Assembly (NCBI GenBank): GCA_018062385.1
Contig: JAGOSI010000001.1
Coordinates: 5,904-69,903, forward strand
Reading direction: 5' to 3'
From: Minisyncoccota bacterium
Lineage (GTDB): Bacteria; Patescibacteriota; Minisyncoccia; Phycocordibacterales; UBA918
Length of the DNA: 64,000 nt
Part shown: in pieces, positions 45,158 to 54,191 of the stretch
Layout: the number at the start of each line of letters is the position of its first letter
Numbering within the stretch: the stretch's first letter is position 1
Program-made: the position numbers and the translations under genes
The notes under the pieces: model-generated
The model's database searches: none
Told to the model about the DNA's origin: nothing
The model's input: only the letters and a program-made list of their open reading frames with translations

Positions 45158-45180
45158 AGGAGGTGATCCGCGTCCCCTGC
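45158..45180 (-). other. 16S rRNA 3'-terminus-like fragment (GGATCACCTCCTTTC, anti-SD region) on the same strand ~120 nt upstream of the tRNA; no rRNA gene attached
   Basis: Minus strand reads ...aaggtacaacaggcaggggacgcGGATCACCTCCTTTCctgg, resembling the 16S end ...AAGGTAGCCGTAGGGGAACCTGCGGCTGGATCACCTCCTTTCT. Confidence 0.4.
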
Positions 45181-45360
45181 CTGTTGTACCTTATCAGGCC
45201 ACTAAGCGACTCAAATTTTTTGAGTCGCTTTTCTTATTCCAAATTAGGCTAAACCTTATCAACATAAACGACTGTTTTACCAGTCGTTTTGTGTTTTTTA
45301 CCGATATAATACCGTCAGATGTACCCAGTCTTTAAAAACCCAAGAAATTTAATAATTGAT

Positions 45361-47454
45361 ATGATAAAAAAACTCACCCTCGGCCTCTTAGTTTTGGTCG
45401 TTGGTTTTACCGGTACGAATTTTACAAATCTTGCAGAAGCGCAAACTGCTGACAGTAATTGTCTACTTCCTGTAAGTAGCGTGAATATTGTTACTTGCAA
45501 CTCTAGTCAAAACCCTGTTCCTGCTACTATTGATAGCAATGGTTATAAATATAATCCTGGACACTATGTATTAGTAGCAGCTTATAATGCAAAGCTATTA
45601 GATGATAACCCAAACATTGCAACTGATGGTGATGCATTCATGCGTTCTATAAAAGATTCCGGCGTGAAGGGGATTATGGTACGCTATAATTGGTATGATT
45701 TAGAGAAGGCTAAAAATGATTATTCACCATTAAATAGAGTGAAAAAACATATTGATTTAGCACATAAATTTGGACTCAAATTTATAATCTTGATTGAAGA
45801 CAAGGCCTTTCAAGGTTTAGAGTCACCTCTACCAGATTATCTTAAGTCTAATCCAGATTATTCCTATAAAAATGTTACAAACAGTTACAATGCCACTAGA
45901 TGGAATGCTTTTGTACACGAAAGAACCAAAGCCCTAGTTAACAAGCTCGGTGAAACTTTCGATGCACATCCAGCTTTAGAAGGTATTGGTTTTAATGAAA
46001 CTGCAACCAATCTACCAGCTGGCACAGTTACTACACCACCATACGACCCTGTGCTTTATCGTGACTATATAATTGATTTATTAAAGACTAGTTCCGTTGC
46101 TTTTCCAAATTCAAGGATATTTTGGTACATGAATTACCTGCAACCAGGTTATTCAAAGGGGGTGTATCTTGATAATAAAAAGACGCAAGCTTTCTTGGGT
46201 GATATAGGTGAAATTATGGTTGATTATCCAAATGTCACCATTGGAAGTCCAGATATACTGCCTGAGGACAATTCGATTGTAACTAGAGTAGAACCTCTAT
46301 TTGATAAATTCCACGGACTTGGTATAAAACTCTTCGGTTCAATGCAAAATGCTAGTTATCGAGAGATTCATGCGACTGCTACTCGATCAATGTATCAAAC
46401 CCTGTATTGGACACCTCTAGAAATGTTCCAGTATGGTCGCGACAACTTCCATGCACAATATATGTTTTGGAATTATAAAACATGGTTAACTGAAGGTATG
46501 CCAGCAGGAGAGTATCGTTGGGAAGATGCTATTCCAGTGATTAAGGCTAATCCAGTATTTAATCCAACCGCACCGCAAAGATTTGCTAAAAATCAAAGAG
46601 TACAAACTAATGACAGTGGTGTAAATGTAAGATCTACTTCAACTTTAGCGGTTCTTGGTACTCAAGCACTAAGTCGACCAGGTACTATCCTTCTTGATTC
46701 TTATCGTCACAATCTCAATGGTACTGCTATGACTAACAATCAGTGGTGGAAAGTTAACTTTGACACCGGAGTAGACGGTTTGGTAAATGATGCTTTACTT
46801 AGTCCTTTAGGTACACCACCAAGCACCTCATTACCTGATGTCATTGTCACTGCCTTAAACTACAACCAAACCACCCACACCTTCACTGTCGTGGTAAAAA
46901 ACCAAGGTACTGCAGCGACCCCAGCTGACACTGTTATTGGTGTCGGCTACCTCGTCAATGGAGTACAAAGAACTTGGGGTAAATCAATCCTGCCACTAGC
47001 TCCTGGCGCTTCAGTCACTATCGGTACTAGCCTTACTGGAGATGGGGCTGGCCCATACACTATCCCAAATGGTACTCACAACATCCGAGCTTGGGTCGAT
47101 GATGTAAACCGCTTTGCAGAATCTAATGAACAAAATAATGATCTAATAAAATCAATCACTGTTGGTGGAGGTACTTCAGTAAATGTTCCTCCAACTATCT
47201 CTGGAACATCATCTACAAGAGTTGTTAGAAATACACTTTACAGCTTTACACCAAGAGCTACTGATTCTAATGGTGACGTTTTGACTTTTTCTATTCAAAA
47301 TAAACCAGCTTGGGCAACTTTCGATACTGGTACAGGTCGATTGAGAGGTACTCCAACAGGTCTAGCAACTTACAGTAATATCCGTATTTCTGTAACAGAC
47401 GGTAAATCAACCCCTGTTTCATTGCCGGCCTTTACCATTACTGTAACTAGGTAG
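45361..47454 (+). CDS. large secreted multidomain surface protein: N-terminal putative glycoside-hydrolase-like domain, SH3b-like, CARDB domain, cadherin-like/putative Ig domain
   Basis: Signal peptide MIKKLTLGLLVLVVGFTG...; CARDB-like segment VIVTALNYNQTTHTFTVVVKNQGTAATPADTVIGVGYLVNG...; PPTISGTSSTRVVRNTLYSFTPRATDSNGDVLTFS = cadherin-like domain. Confidence 0.55.
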   Translation: MIKKLTLGLLVLVVGFTGTNFTNLAEAQTADSNCLLPVSSVNIVTCNSSQNPVPATIDSNGYKYNPGHYVLVAAYNAKLLDDNPNIATDGDAFMRSIKDSGVKGIMVRYNWYDLEKAKNDYSPLNRVKKHIDLAHKFGLKFIILIEDKAFQGLESPLPDYLKSNPDYSYKNVTNSYNATRWNAFVHERTKALVNKLGETFDAHPALEGIGFNETATNLPAGTVTTPPYDPVLYRDYIIDLLKTSSVAFPNSRIFWYMNYLQPGYSKGVYLDNKKTQAFLGDIGEIMVDYPNVTIGSPDILPEDNSIVTRVEPLFDKFHGLGIKLFGSMQNASYREIHATATRSMYQTLYWTPLEMFQYGRDNFHAQYMFWNYKTWLTEGMPAGEYRWEDAIPVIKANPVFNPTAPQRFAKNQRVQTNDSGVNVRSTSTLAVLGTQALSRPGTILLDSYRHNLNGTAMTNNQWWKVNFDTGVDGLVNDALLSPLGTPPSTSLPDVIVTALNYNQTTHTFTVVVKNQGTAATPADTVIGVGYLVNGVQRTWGKSILPLAPGASVTIGTSLTGDGAGPYTIPNGTHNIRAWVDDVNRFAESNEQNNDLIKSITVGGGTSVNVPPTISGTSSTRVVRNTLYSFTPRATDSNGDVLTFSIQNKPAWATFDTGTGRLRGTPTGLATYSNIRISVTDGKSTPVSLPAFTITVTR

Positions 47455-47473
47455 TAGTATAATTTTCGTTTGA

Positions 47474-47509
47474 AAAACAAGACACCGCATAATGCGGTGT
47501 CTTGTTTTT
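47474..47509. terminator. Bidirectional terminator (aaaaacaagacaccgcat/atgcggtgtcttgttttt) shared with recG
   Basis: 15-bp perfect palindrome. Confidence 0.8.
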
Positions 47510-49682
47510 ATTCCAGATGCAGTGATTTTTCTAGTCTTTCTAATTGTTTAGTAATTAGTGGGTGTGATTTTAGGGTGGTGTCATTAGCTACCAATTTTTG
47601 TGCCTCATTTCTGGCGGCTTCTACTAATTTCAAATTCTTGATTGCCTCCATACCGAGGTCTGACAAACCTGATTGTTTTTGGCCATAGAGTTCACCAGAA
47701 CCACGAAACTGCAAATCGTACTCAGATAATTCAAAACCATTTTTAGCAGTAGTGAGAGCCTTTAATCTTTGCTTGGTTTTGTCACTTTTGCTATCAGTAA
47801 CCGCAAAGCAATAAGCTTGATGATTGCCACGAATTACGCGTCCACGGAGTTGGTGTAATTGTGCTAAACCAAATCTTTCTGCTCCCTCAATAATTATATT
47901 GGTAGCGTTTGGTACATTGACACCAACTTCTACGACTGAAGTGGCAACCAAAATATCGGTTTTGTGCTCAGAAAAATTCTTCATAATTTTATCTTTTTCT
48001 GCTGGAGTCATTTTGCTGTGTAGGATATCAATTTTGTAACCAGCAAATTCATTTTTACCAAGACGCTCAGCTTCACTGGTGACATTTTTCATGGCGATAG
48101 CATTGGCTTTGTCGGGGTCTGGTTCTTCAATGCGTGGACAGATCACATAAGCTTGTCGGCCATTTCTCAATTCTGATTTTACATGTTCGTACATTTCGCC
48201 ACTTTGTCCTGGGCCGACAACTTTAGTAATAACCGGTTTTCGCCCGCTGGGCATCTGGTCTAAGAGTGTAATATCTAAATCGCCATAGATAGTAAGTGCG
48301 AGAGTGCGAGGAATTGGAGTGGCAGTCATAGATAAAAGATGGGGAAGATAGTTGTCTTTCTTGGCTAGGAGCTTTCTTTGATTGGTACCAAAGCGATGTT
48401 GTTCATCAATAATGACATAGGCCAGATGTTTAAATTCTACACTTTTATAAATCAAGGAATGAGTACCAATAAGAATAGGTATTTCGCCATTTTTAACCCA
48501 TTTTAATAACTGAGCTTTTGAGATGGGAGTGGGTTTATTAGGGTCGGATTTTGAAGGAAATTTTTGACAACCACTACTGGTAAGAAGTCCGATTTGAATC
48601 GGTAGGTGTTTGAAATATTCAATGAAACTTAAGAAGTGTTGTTTGGCTAAAATCTCAGTAGGCGCCATGTAAGCCACTTGAAGATTGCCGTATTCAAGTT
48701 TTTTGTCTAAGCCTTCAGGAGGGCGTGAAGTAGCAACAGCAAAAGCGGTGGTGGCCGCAACTGCGGTCTTTCCACTACCAACATCACCTTCCAGTAGTCG
48801 TGACATGGCGTGCTTACCAACAAAATTTTTACTAATAGCCTCAATGGCTTTAGTTTGTGCTTCAGTCAAAGCAAAAGGAAAGCGACTAGTGAATTCTTCT
48901 AAGTGTTCTTTTTCTACTTTGATTTTGTAGGTGGTGGCAGCATTGGCTTCGGCGCGTTCTCGGGCTTTTTGAACTTGAATATAAAAAACTTCTTGAAAAG
49001 CAAAACGCTTGCGCGCACTCTCAGCGTGAGAGATTTTCTTGGGAGTATGAATCCAAACCAAGGCCGTCTTTATTTCAGGTAAGTTGTAGGGTTTGATGAT
49101 TTCTAAGGGTAATGGATCTTCTATTTTATCTAAAACTCCTTTCTCAAAACACTTCATAACCGCATGATAAAACCATTTGCTAGTTATGCCTTTGGTTTCG
49201 CGGTAAATGGGGTAGAGAGTGTCTTCCTCTACTTCACTGCCTTTGAAGATTGAGTCATGTCGGTCGATAGGAAGGTTGTTTAAGAGCTCGACTTCAGGAT
49301 TGGAAAGGTAAAGTTTACTGTCATTACCAGCTACTTTTCCGGCCAGTTTTACATAAGCTCCTTCTTGATACATTTTGGCTATGTATGGTTGATTGAACCA
49401 CATAACTTTAATCTTGGCTGATCCGTCCTCGACATAAGCTTCTCCAATCGGTACCTTGCTTTTCCAAGCCTTGCGGGTTTTTAGTCCAGTGAGCTGTCCG
49501 TAGACCACCGCTTCCTGTCCCTTGATCAGGCTACTGACGGACTGTACATCGCTGATATTTTCGTAGCGAACTGGTAAGTGAAACAAGAGATTTTCTATGG
49601 TAACAAGCCCAAGTTTTTTTAAAGCTTTTTGTTGCTCGGTACTTAAGCGAAAATAAGTAGTTAGCGGGTCGTTAAGATTCAT
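47508..49682 (-). CDS. recG: ATP-dependent DNA helicase RecG
   Basis: Wedge/OB N-domain, helicase motifs GDVGSGKT, DEQHRFG, C-terminal helicase domain; 724 aa. Confidence 0.9.
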   Translation of the reverse strand: MNLNDPLTTYFRLSTEQQKALKKLGLVTIENLLFHLPVRYENISDVQSVSSLIKGQEAVVYGQLTGLKTRKAWKSKVPIGEAYVEDGSAKIKVMWFNQPYIAKMYQEGAYVKLAGKVAGNDSKLYLSNPEVELLNNLPIDRHDSIFKGSEVEEDTLYPIYRETKGITSKWFYHAVMKCFEKGVLDKIEDPLPLEIIKPYNLPEIKTALVWIHTPKKISHAESARKRFAFQEVFYIQVQKARERAEANAATTYKIKVEKEHLEEFTSRFPFALTEAQTKAIEAISKNFVGKHAMSRLLEGDVGSGKTAVAATTAFAVATSRPPEGLDKKLEYGNLQVAYMAPTEILAKQHFLSFIEYFKHLPIQIGLLTSSGCQKFPSKSDPNKPTPISKAQLLKWVKNGEIPILIGTHSLIYKSVEFKHLAYVIIDEQHRFGTNQRKLLAKKDNYLPHLLSMTATPIPRTLALTIYGDLDITLLDQMPSGRKPVITKVVGPGQSGEMYEHVKSELRNGRQAYVICPRIEEPDPDKANAIAMKNVTSEAERLGKNEFAGYKIDILHSKMTPAEKDKIMKNFSEHKTDILVATSVVEVGVNVPNATNIIIEGAERFGLAQLHQLRGRVIRGNHQAYCFAVTDSKSDKTKQRLKALTTAKNGFELSEYDLQFRGSGELYGQKQSGLSDLGMEAIKNLKLVEAARNEAQKLVANDTTLKSHPLITKQLERLEKSLHLE

Positions 49683-49836
49683 TCCTACTATGGTAACAGA
49701 TTTATGTAAATGAAGGGCGAGGGAAGTTTGGTTTTAGTGCTTGCATTTATTTAATATCTATGATATAGTTTTCTACGGTCTGGTTTTTGCGACCAATTTT
49801 CTAAATTTTTTTTTCTAAATTTTTTGGAGGTTGTAA

Positions 49837-50522
49837 ATGAAAAAGCTCTTTTTAGCTTTAATAACAAGTCTGATGTTTGTTGGTGTAGCTCATGCTTTAC
49901 CACAATATGAATTTATAGGGGGTACAGAAACCATTTTCGACAGAAGCAACACCTTTGGAATACTGTCTGAAGGGCAGACAGCAAGTGGGGTCAATATTGA
50001 CCGCACTAGTAGTTATGCATCTTGGTGTTTTCTGAGCCAACGCAAGTATCATTTAATACCTTAGTCAACACCATACCGTTGGCAGAAGGGGTTGTTGGTA
50101 TCACTAATGATGTACATGTTCCTGGGAGGATATTTTCTAATGACGACACAGCATTGACTCTGTCGCCACTTCAAGGGGCGTACTATATGTGGGTCACAGA
50201 CTATAAAGTCTCTGACCCGAATGTGGTAGAGACATCGTGGTCTCTAAGTCGTGGAGGTCCAAGCGATCCCATGATTGCTGATCCAATGTGGTCGCTCATT
50301 GGATTGGGTGACAACTCATTTTTGAGTATCTTTCAGTTTGATCAAGGAAACTCATCAGCTGGTATGTGGGTGGCCGAGGTGAGTATGCCCGCTATTTCAC
50401 CCGTTCCCGAACCTGAGACCTATGCCATGTTGCTGATCGGACTTGGATTCATTGCTTTCGCTGTTCGTAAACAGCGGAAAGATAATGGCAATGAGTCTTT
50501 ATTTGTTCCGGTGGGGGCTTAG
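49837..50522 (+). pseudogene. PEP-CTERM sorting-domain protein, interrupted by a frameshift near 50022-50064 (pseudogene or sequencing error)
   Basis: ORF 49837-50064 has signal peptide MKKLFLALITSLMFVGVAHA; overlapping -1-frame ORF 50022-50522 ends with PVPEPETYAMLLIGLGFIAFAVRKQRK (PEP motif + TM + basic tail). Confidence 0.55.
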
Positions 50523-50639
50523 GCCACCAAGGCCAAAAATAGCCGCATTTTTAATTTATTAAAAATGCGGCTTTATTTTTTGGTTTTTTATTTAGCTAAG
50601 CAATTAGTGTTATACTATTCATCACATTAATTTTTTAGT

Positions 50640-51806
50640 ATGCCAACACCAAAGAAAACCACGATCAAGAAAAAAGACTACAATCAGCTGGCTTTAGCTG
50701 TTCATAAAAAACTTAAAGGGAAGTTGGGTGTGGTGAGTAAAGGTAGTCTAAAAACCAAAGATGATTGGAGCACTCTCTATACTCCTGGAGTTGGAGCAGT
50801 ATCAATGCATTTAGCTAAGCATCCAAAAGACGCTCGTCTATACACGATAAAAAATAATACCGTAGCGGTAATTTCGGATGGTTCAGCAGTTTTAGGATTA
50901 GGTAATATTGGAGCTATCGCGGCTTTGCCAGTAATGGAAGGTAAGTGTGCGATCTTTAAAGAAATGGCGGGTGTGGATGCTTTTCCGATTGTACTCAATA
51001 CACAAGATACAGAAGAAATTATTAAAGTAGTAAAAGCTATTGCACCAACTTTTGGTGGTATTAATCTCGAGGATATCTCAGCTCCGAAGTGTTTTATTAT
51101 TGAGGAACGTTTAAAGAAAGAATTAGATATTCCCGTGATTCACGATGATCAGCATGGTACAGCGATCGTGGTTTTAGCAGGACTAATCAATGCTTCTAAA
51201 GTGGTAGGTAAAAAGCTGGAGAACCTAAAGGTGGTAATTGTAGGTGCGGGAGCGGCTGGAAGAGCGATAGCCTTGCTTTTGAAATTAGCGGGTATAAATA
51301 ATGTAATTATAACTGATACCAAAGGGGTGATTTATAGAGGTCGGAGTGGACTTGAGGGCTACAAACGCCATTTATCTGAAGTGACAAATCCAGAGCGAAT
51401 ACAAGGTGATGTTATGAGTGCTGTGGTAGGAGCAGATGTGATTATTGGTGTGTCGGGGCCAGGTACGATCGCCAAAGCCCATATAGAAGCCATGGCCGAA
51501 AAGGCTATCGTTTTTGCGATGGCTAATCCTATACCAGAGATTATGCCTAATGATGCGCTTCAAGCGGGGGCGATGGTGGTGGCAACTGGTAGGTCCGACT
51601 ATCCAAATCAGGTTAATAACGCCCTGGCTTTCCCTGGCTTATTTAGAGGGGCATTAGATAAGAAAGTAAAAAATATCACTGATGAAATGAAAATTGTTGC
51701 GGCTAAAAAAATCGCCGCTTTAGTCAAGAAACCAACGGCTGAAAATATTATTCCCTCAGTGATGACCGAAGGTCTTGTGAAGGCGGTTGCGAGTGCAGTC
51801 AAGTAA
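50640..51806 (+). CDS. maeA: NAD(P)-dependent malic enzyme (small form)
   Basis: YTPGVGAVSMHLAKHP...VISDGSAVLGLGNIGAIAALPVMEGKCAIFKEMAGVDAFPIVLN...VVIVGAGAAGRAIA. Confidence 0.85.
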   Translation: MPTPKKTTIKKKDYNQLALAVHKKLKGKLGVVSKGSLKTKDDWSTLYTPGVGAVSMHLAKHPKDARLYTIKNNTVAVISDGSAVLGLGNIGAIAALPVMEGKCAIFKEMAGVDAFPIVLNTQDTEEIIKVVKAIAPTFGGINLEDISAPKCFIIEERLKKELDIPVIHDDQHGTAIVVLAGLINASKVVGKKLENLKVVIVGAGAAGRAIALLLKLAGINNVIITDTKGVIYRGRSGLEGYKRHLSEVTNPERIQGDVMSAVVGADVIIGVSGPGTIAKAHIEAMAEKAIVFAMANPIPEIMPNDALQAGAMVVATGRSDYPNQVNNALAFPGLFRGALDKKVKNITDEMKIVAAKKIAALVKKPTAENIIPSVMTEGLVKAVASAVK

Positions 51807-51819
51807 TTAATTTTTAAAT

Positions 51820-52146
51820 ATGAAACTAACCGAACAAAAATGTGTAGCTTGTGAAGGGGGAGTGGCACCATTTTCATCACGAGAAGTTGAAGTGTTACTT
51901 TTGCAGGTACCAGGCTGGCGGGTGTTGGCAGATCAAAAAACTATCGCCAAGAAATATGTGTTTAAGGATTTTAAGGAAGCTCTAGCTTTTGTAAATAAAG
52001 TTGGTGACATTGCCGAAGCTGAAGGTCATCATCCTGATATCCATTTGGTAAATTTCAAAGAAGTGGAAATTCATTTACGTACTCACGCTATTGATGGTGT
52101 GTCTAATAACGATTTTATTGTCGCTGCTAAAATTGACCATTCCTAA
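51820..52146 (+). CDS. phhB: pterin-4a-carbinolamine dehydratase (PCD/DCoH)
   Basis: ...FKDFKEALAFVNKVGDIAEAEGHHPDIHLVNFKEVEIHLRTH... Confidence 0.85.
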   Translation: MKLTEQKCVACEGGVAPFSSREVEVLLLQVPGWRVLADQKTIAKKYVFKDFKEALAFVNKVGDIAEAEGHHPDIHLVNFKEVEIHLRTHAIDGVSNNDFIVAAKIDHS

Positions 52147-52193
52147 TACTAAATTTTTATTTAAACAATTATCAAATTGAAGTTTTTGCCATG

Positions 52194-52226
52194 AGCGGTA
52201 ACGTAAGTTGTTACCGCTCTTTTTAT
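52194..52226 (+). terminator. Rho-independent terminator after phhB
   Basis: gagcggtaac-gtaagtt-gttaccgctc + T-run. Confidence 0.7.
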
Positions 52227-52831
52227 TTGCTTTTAGCAATAAAATTTAGATAATTTCTGGAACCCGGTTTAAAGATTTCAAAGTGTATAATTTCAAAATC
52301 GTGCGCCAACAGTATTTTTTCAATTTCTTCTTGGTTATAAAAACTAAACCAACGGGGAAGACTGACACCGGAACTTTCTCGATATGTTTCATTGTCGCCT
52401 TCAATCATACCTAAGCCCAATACACCATTGGGTCCTAAAATCCTTTTAATTTCATTTAGAGCGATATCGATATCTTTTTTTGGTACATGCAATAACGAAG
52501 TGTATACCCAAGCACCAGAGAAAGATTGATTGGCGAAGGGTAGGTTCATGAAATCACCCAATACAGAATCTAACCCTTTTTCTGACGATAATTTCACCAT
52601 CGCTTCTGAAGCATCAAGACAAGTTACTGTTAGGCCAGCTTCTTTGAGTAGTAAACCATCTCTTCCCGGACCGCTACCAATATCTAAAACCCTGCCGTTA
52701 ATACCGACAGTTTCAATAAATTTATCTAAAAACGACCGAGGAAATTTTTGCCAAAAGTCAGTGGTTTCCATATCGTATTTCTCAGACATTTGGTTGTAGG
52801 TGTTTATGGTTATTTTATCCATATTTATCAT
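52223..52831 (-). CDS. class I SAM-dependent methyltransferase
   Basis: Motif I VLDIGSGPGRDGLLL, motif post-I CLDASEAMV. Confidence 0.75.
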   Translation of the reverse strand: MINMDKITINTYNQMSEKYDMETTDFWQKFPRSFLDKFIETVGINGRVLDIGSGPGRDGLLLKEAGLTVTCLDASEAMVKLSSEKGLDSVLGDFMNLPFANQSFSGAWVYTSLLHVPKKDIDIALNEIKRILGPNGVLGLGMIEGDNETYRESSGVSLPRWFSFYNQEEIEKILLAHDFEIIHFEIFKPGSRNYLNFIAKSK

Positions 52832-52924
52832 AAAGATTCCCTAGTAATATTCTATAGATTTTGATTATAGACTTTTTATTTGGTATAGGGTAGTCTGTTC
52901 AGGTTTTATTTAAAAAGGAGTTCT

Positions 52925-53203
52925 TTGATGAATGAAATACAGCTACTTGAAGCTATTGCTAATTTACGGAGTTTTTTTGAAAGGAAAGGAATTGCTAAGT
53001 TTGATTTTCCGCATGATAAATTTCTCGATTATCCGTCATGTGGACTGGAACATTGTCATGCCATGCTCGATAAAATGGAGGTTTTTATCAATGAAGGTAG
53101 GCTTGATAAGGTATATCGCTGGCTTGGATTTATCCAAGGATGTCTATGGACACAAAAAATCTATACTTTGGATAGTTTGAAAGACATGAATCGAAAAAAA
53201 TAG
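52925..53203 (+). CDS. hypothetical protein (92 aa)
   Basis: ORF only; followed by terminator. Confidence 0.35.
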   Translation: MMNEIQLLEAIANLRSFFERKGIAKFDFPHDKFLDYPSCGLEHCHAMLDKMEVFINEGRLDKVYRWLGFIQGCLWTQKIYTLDSLKDMNRKK

Positions 53204-53220
53204 TAAAAGTGTAAAAATAA

Positions 53221-53257
53221 AAAACCTGTCAGAAATGGCAGGTTTTTCTATTTTTTT
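53221..53257. terminator. Bidirectional terminator (serves + ORF 52925 and the minus-strand tRNA pair)
   Basis: acctgtc-agaaatg-gcaggt hairpin with A- and T-runs. Confidence 0.6.
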
Positions 53258-53263
53258 GGGGTG

Positions 53264-53351
53264 CGGAGGATGTGAGATTCGAACTCACGGACCCGTTTAA
53301 AGGTCGACAGTTTAGTAAACTGTTGGTTTAAACCACTCACCCAATCCTCCT
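53264..53351 (-). tRNA. type II (long variable arm) tRNA, Ser-like (G73), apparent anticodon ACU in loop UUACUAA, non-canonical
   Basis: Minus strand GGAGGAT-TG-GGT-GAGTGGTTTAA-ACC-A-ACAGT-TTACTAA-ACTGT-CGACCTTTAAACGGGTC-CGTGAG/GTGAG-TTCGAAT-CTCAC-ATCCTCC-G. Confidence 0.5.
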
Positions 53352-53373
53352 TATTTATATTGCTCAACTCTTT

Positions 53374-53462
53374 GGCGGAGACGCAGGGATTCGAACCCTG
53401 GAGGGTTTTAACACCCTACTTCGTTAGCAGTGAAGCGCTTTCGACCACTCAGCCACGTCTCC
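53374..53462 (-). tRNA. tRNA-Ser(GCU), type II, CCA encoded
   Basis: Minus strand GGAGACG-TG-GCT-GAGTGGTCGAA-AGC-G-CTTCA-CTGCTAA-CGAAG-TAGGGTGTTAAAACCCTCC-AGGG-TTCGAAT-CCCT-GCGTCTCC-G-CCA. Confidence 0.8.
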
Positions 53463-53529
53463 ATAATATTCAATTTTCTGCAACTTTTTATTATTTGAAA
53501 ATAATCGCAGTGGCAATAAGATAACATAT

Positions 53530-54141
53530 TTAATGAGTCAACGCCAAACACACAATTTCCGTATCTTCTGGTAGATTTCCCTTTAAGACTTTGTAGGCTG
53601 AAGACATAGTGGCTCCGGTTGTGACTACGTCATCAATCAAAACTAGGCGATAGGATTGAAGATTTATATCTGTTCCTTGAAAGACGAATACATCATTCAT
53701 ATTGCCTAAGCGTTCATCTCGATTCATTTTAGTTTGTGGTCTCGTGTCTTTGATTCGGATTAATAAATTTTTTAATAAAATATTTTTTCCGTTCACAACT
53801 TTTTCCAATACCCTAGTCACTTGATTGTAACCACGATCTTTTTCTCGAGTAGACGACAGTGGAATCGGAATAAGAATGGTCGGCTTAATTGGTTGCTCTC
53901 CTAGCCATTTTGCTATGAGTATAGAAAGAAGTTTGGAAGCGTGTTGGTCATTATGAAATTTATTGGCTTTGATAGCCGTTCTCATTACTTCTTCCTTATA
54001 GTCACTTAGGACAACATAATGCAAAAAAGTTTTTGGTAAATAAAAGCGTAAAAACTTTTGTGGTGTTTCTGATCTTAAATTAAGAATGGTCGGGTGAGGT
54101 GGTAATAAAGTGTCAAAAATCTTACGCAAGATATCCAGCAT
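53530..54141 (-). CDS. comFC: ComF family protein (phosphoribosyltransferase domain, competence-associated)
   Basis: C-terminal PRTase motif RLVLIDDVVTTGATM; adjacent to pil genes. Confidence 0.6.
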   Translation of the reverse strand: MLDILRKIFDTLLPPHPTILNLRSETPQKFLRFYLPKTFLHYVVLSDYKEEVMRTAIKANKFHNDQHASKLLSILIAKWLGEQPIKPTILIPIPLSSTREKDRGYNQVTRVLEKVVNGKNILLKNLLIRIKDTRPQTKMNRDERLGNMNDVFVFQGTDINLQSYRLVLIDDVVTTGATMSSAYKVLKGNLPEDTEIVCLALTH

Positions 54142-54191
54142 GCCTGTTAGTATATAACATAAACATGTTAGAATGATCTGATATATAGACT

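Noticed and set aside
44935-45166. ORFs 44935-45150 (-) and 44966-45166 (+)
   Set aside because: Both overlap the tRNA gene at 44969-45041 and its flanking hairpins, and neither has an RBS. They are spurious.
45158-45172. AAAGGAGGTGATCC as a ribosome-binding site for a small plus-strand ORF
   Set aside because: No ATG or other plausible start lies within 4-12 nt downstream. The only in-frame GTG overlaps the motif itself. It is interpreted instead as a 16S 3'-end-like relic on the minus strand (see findings).
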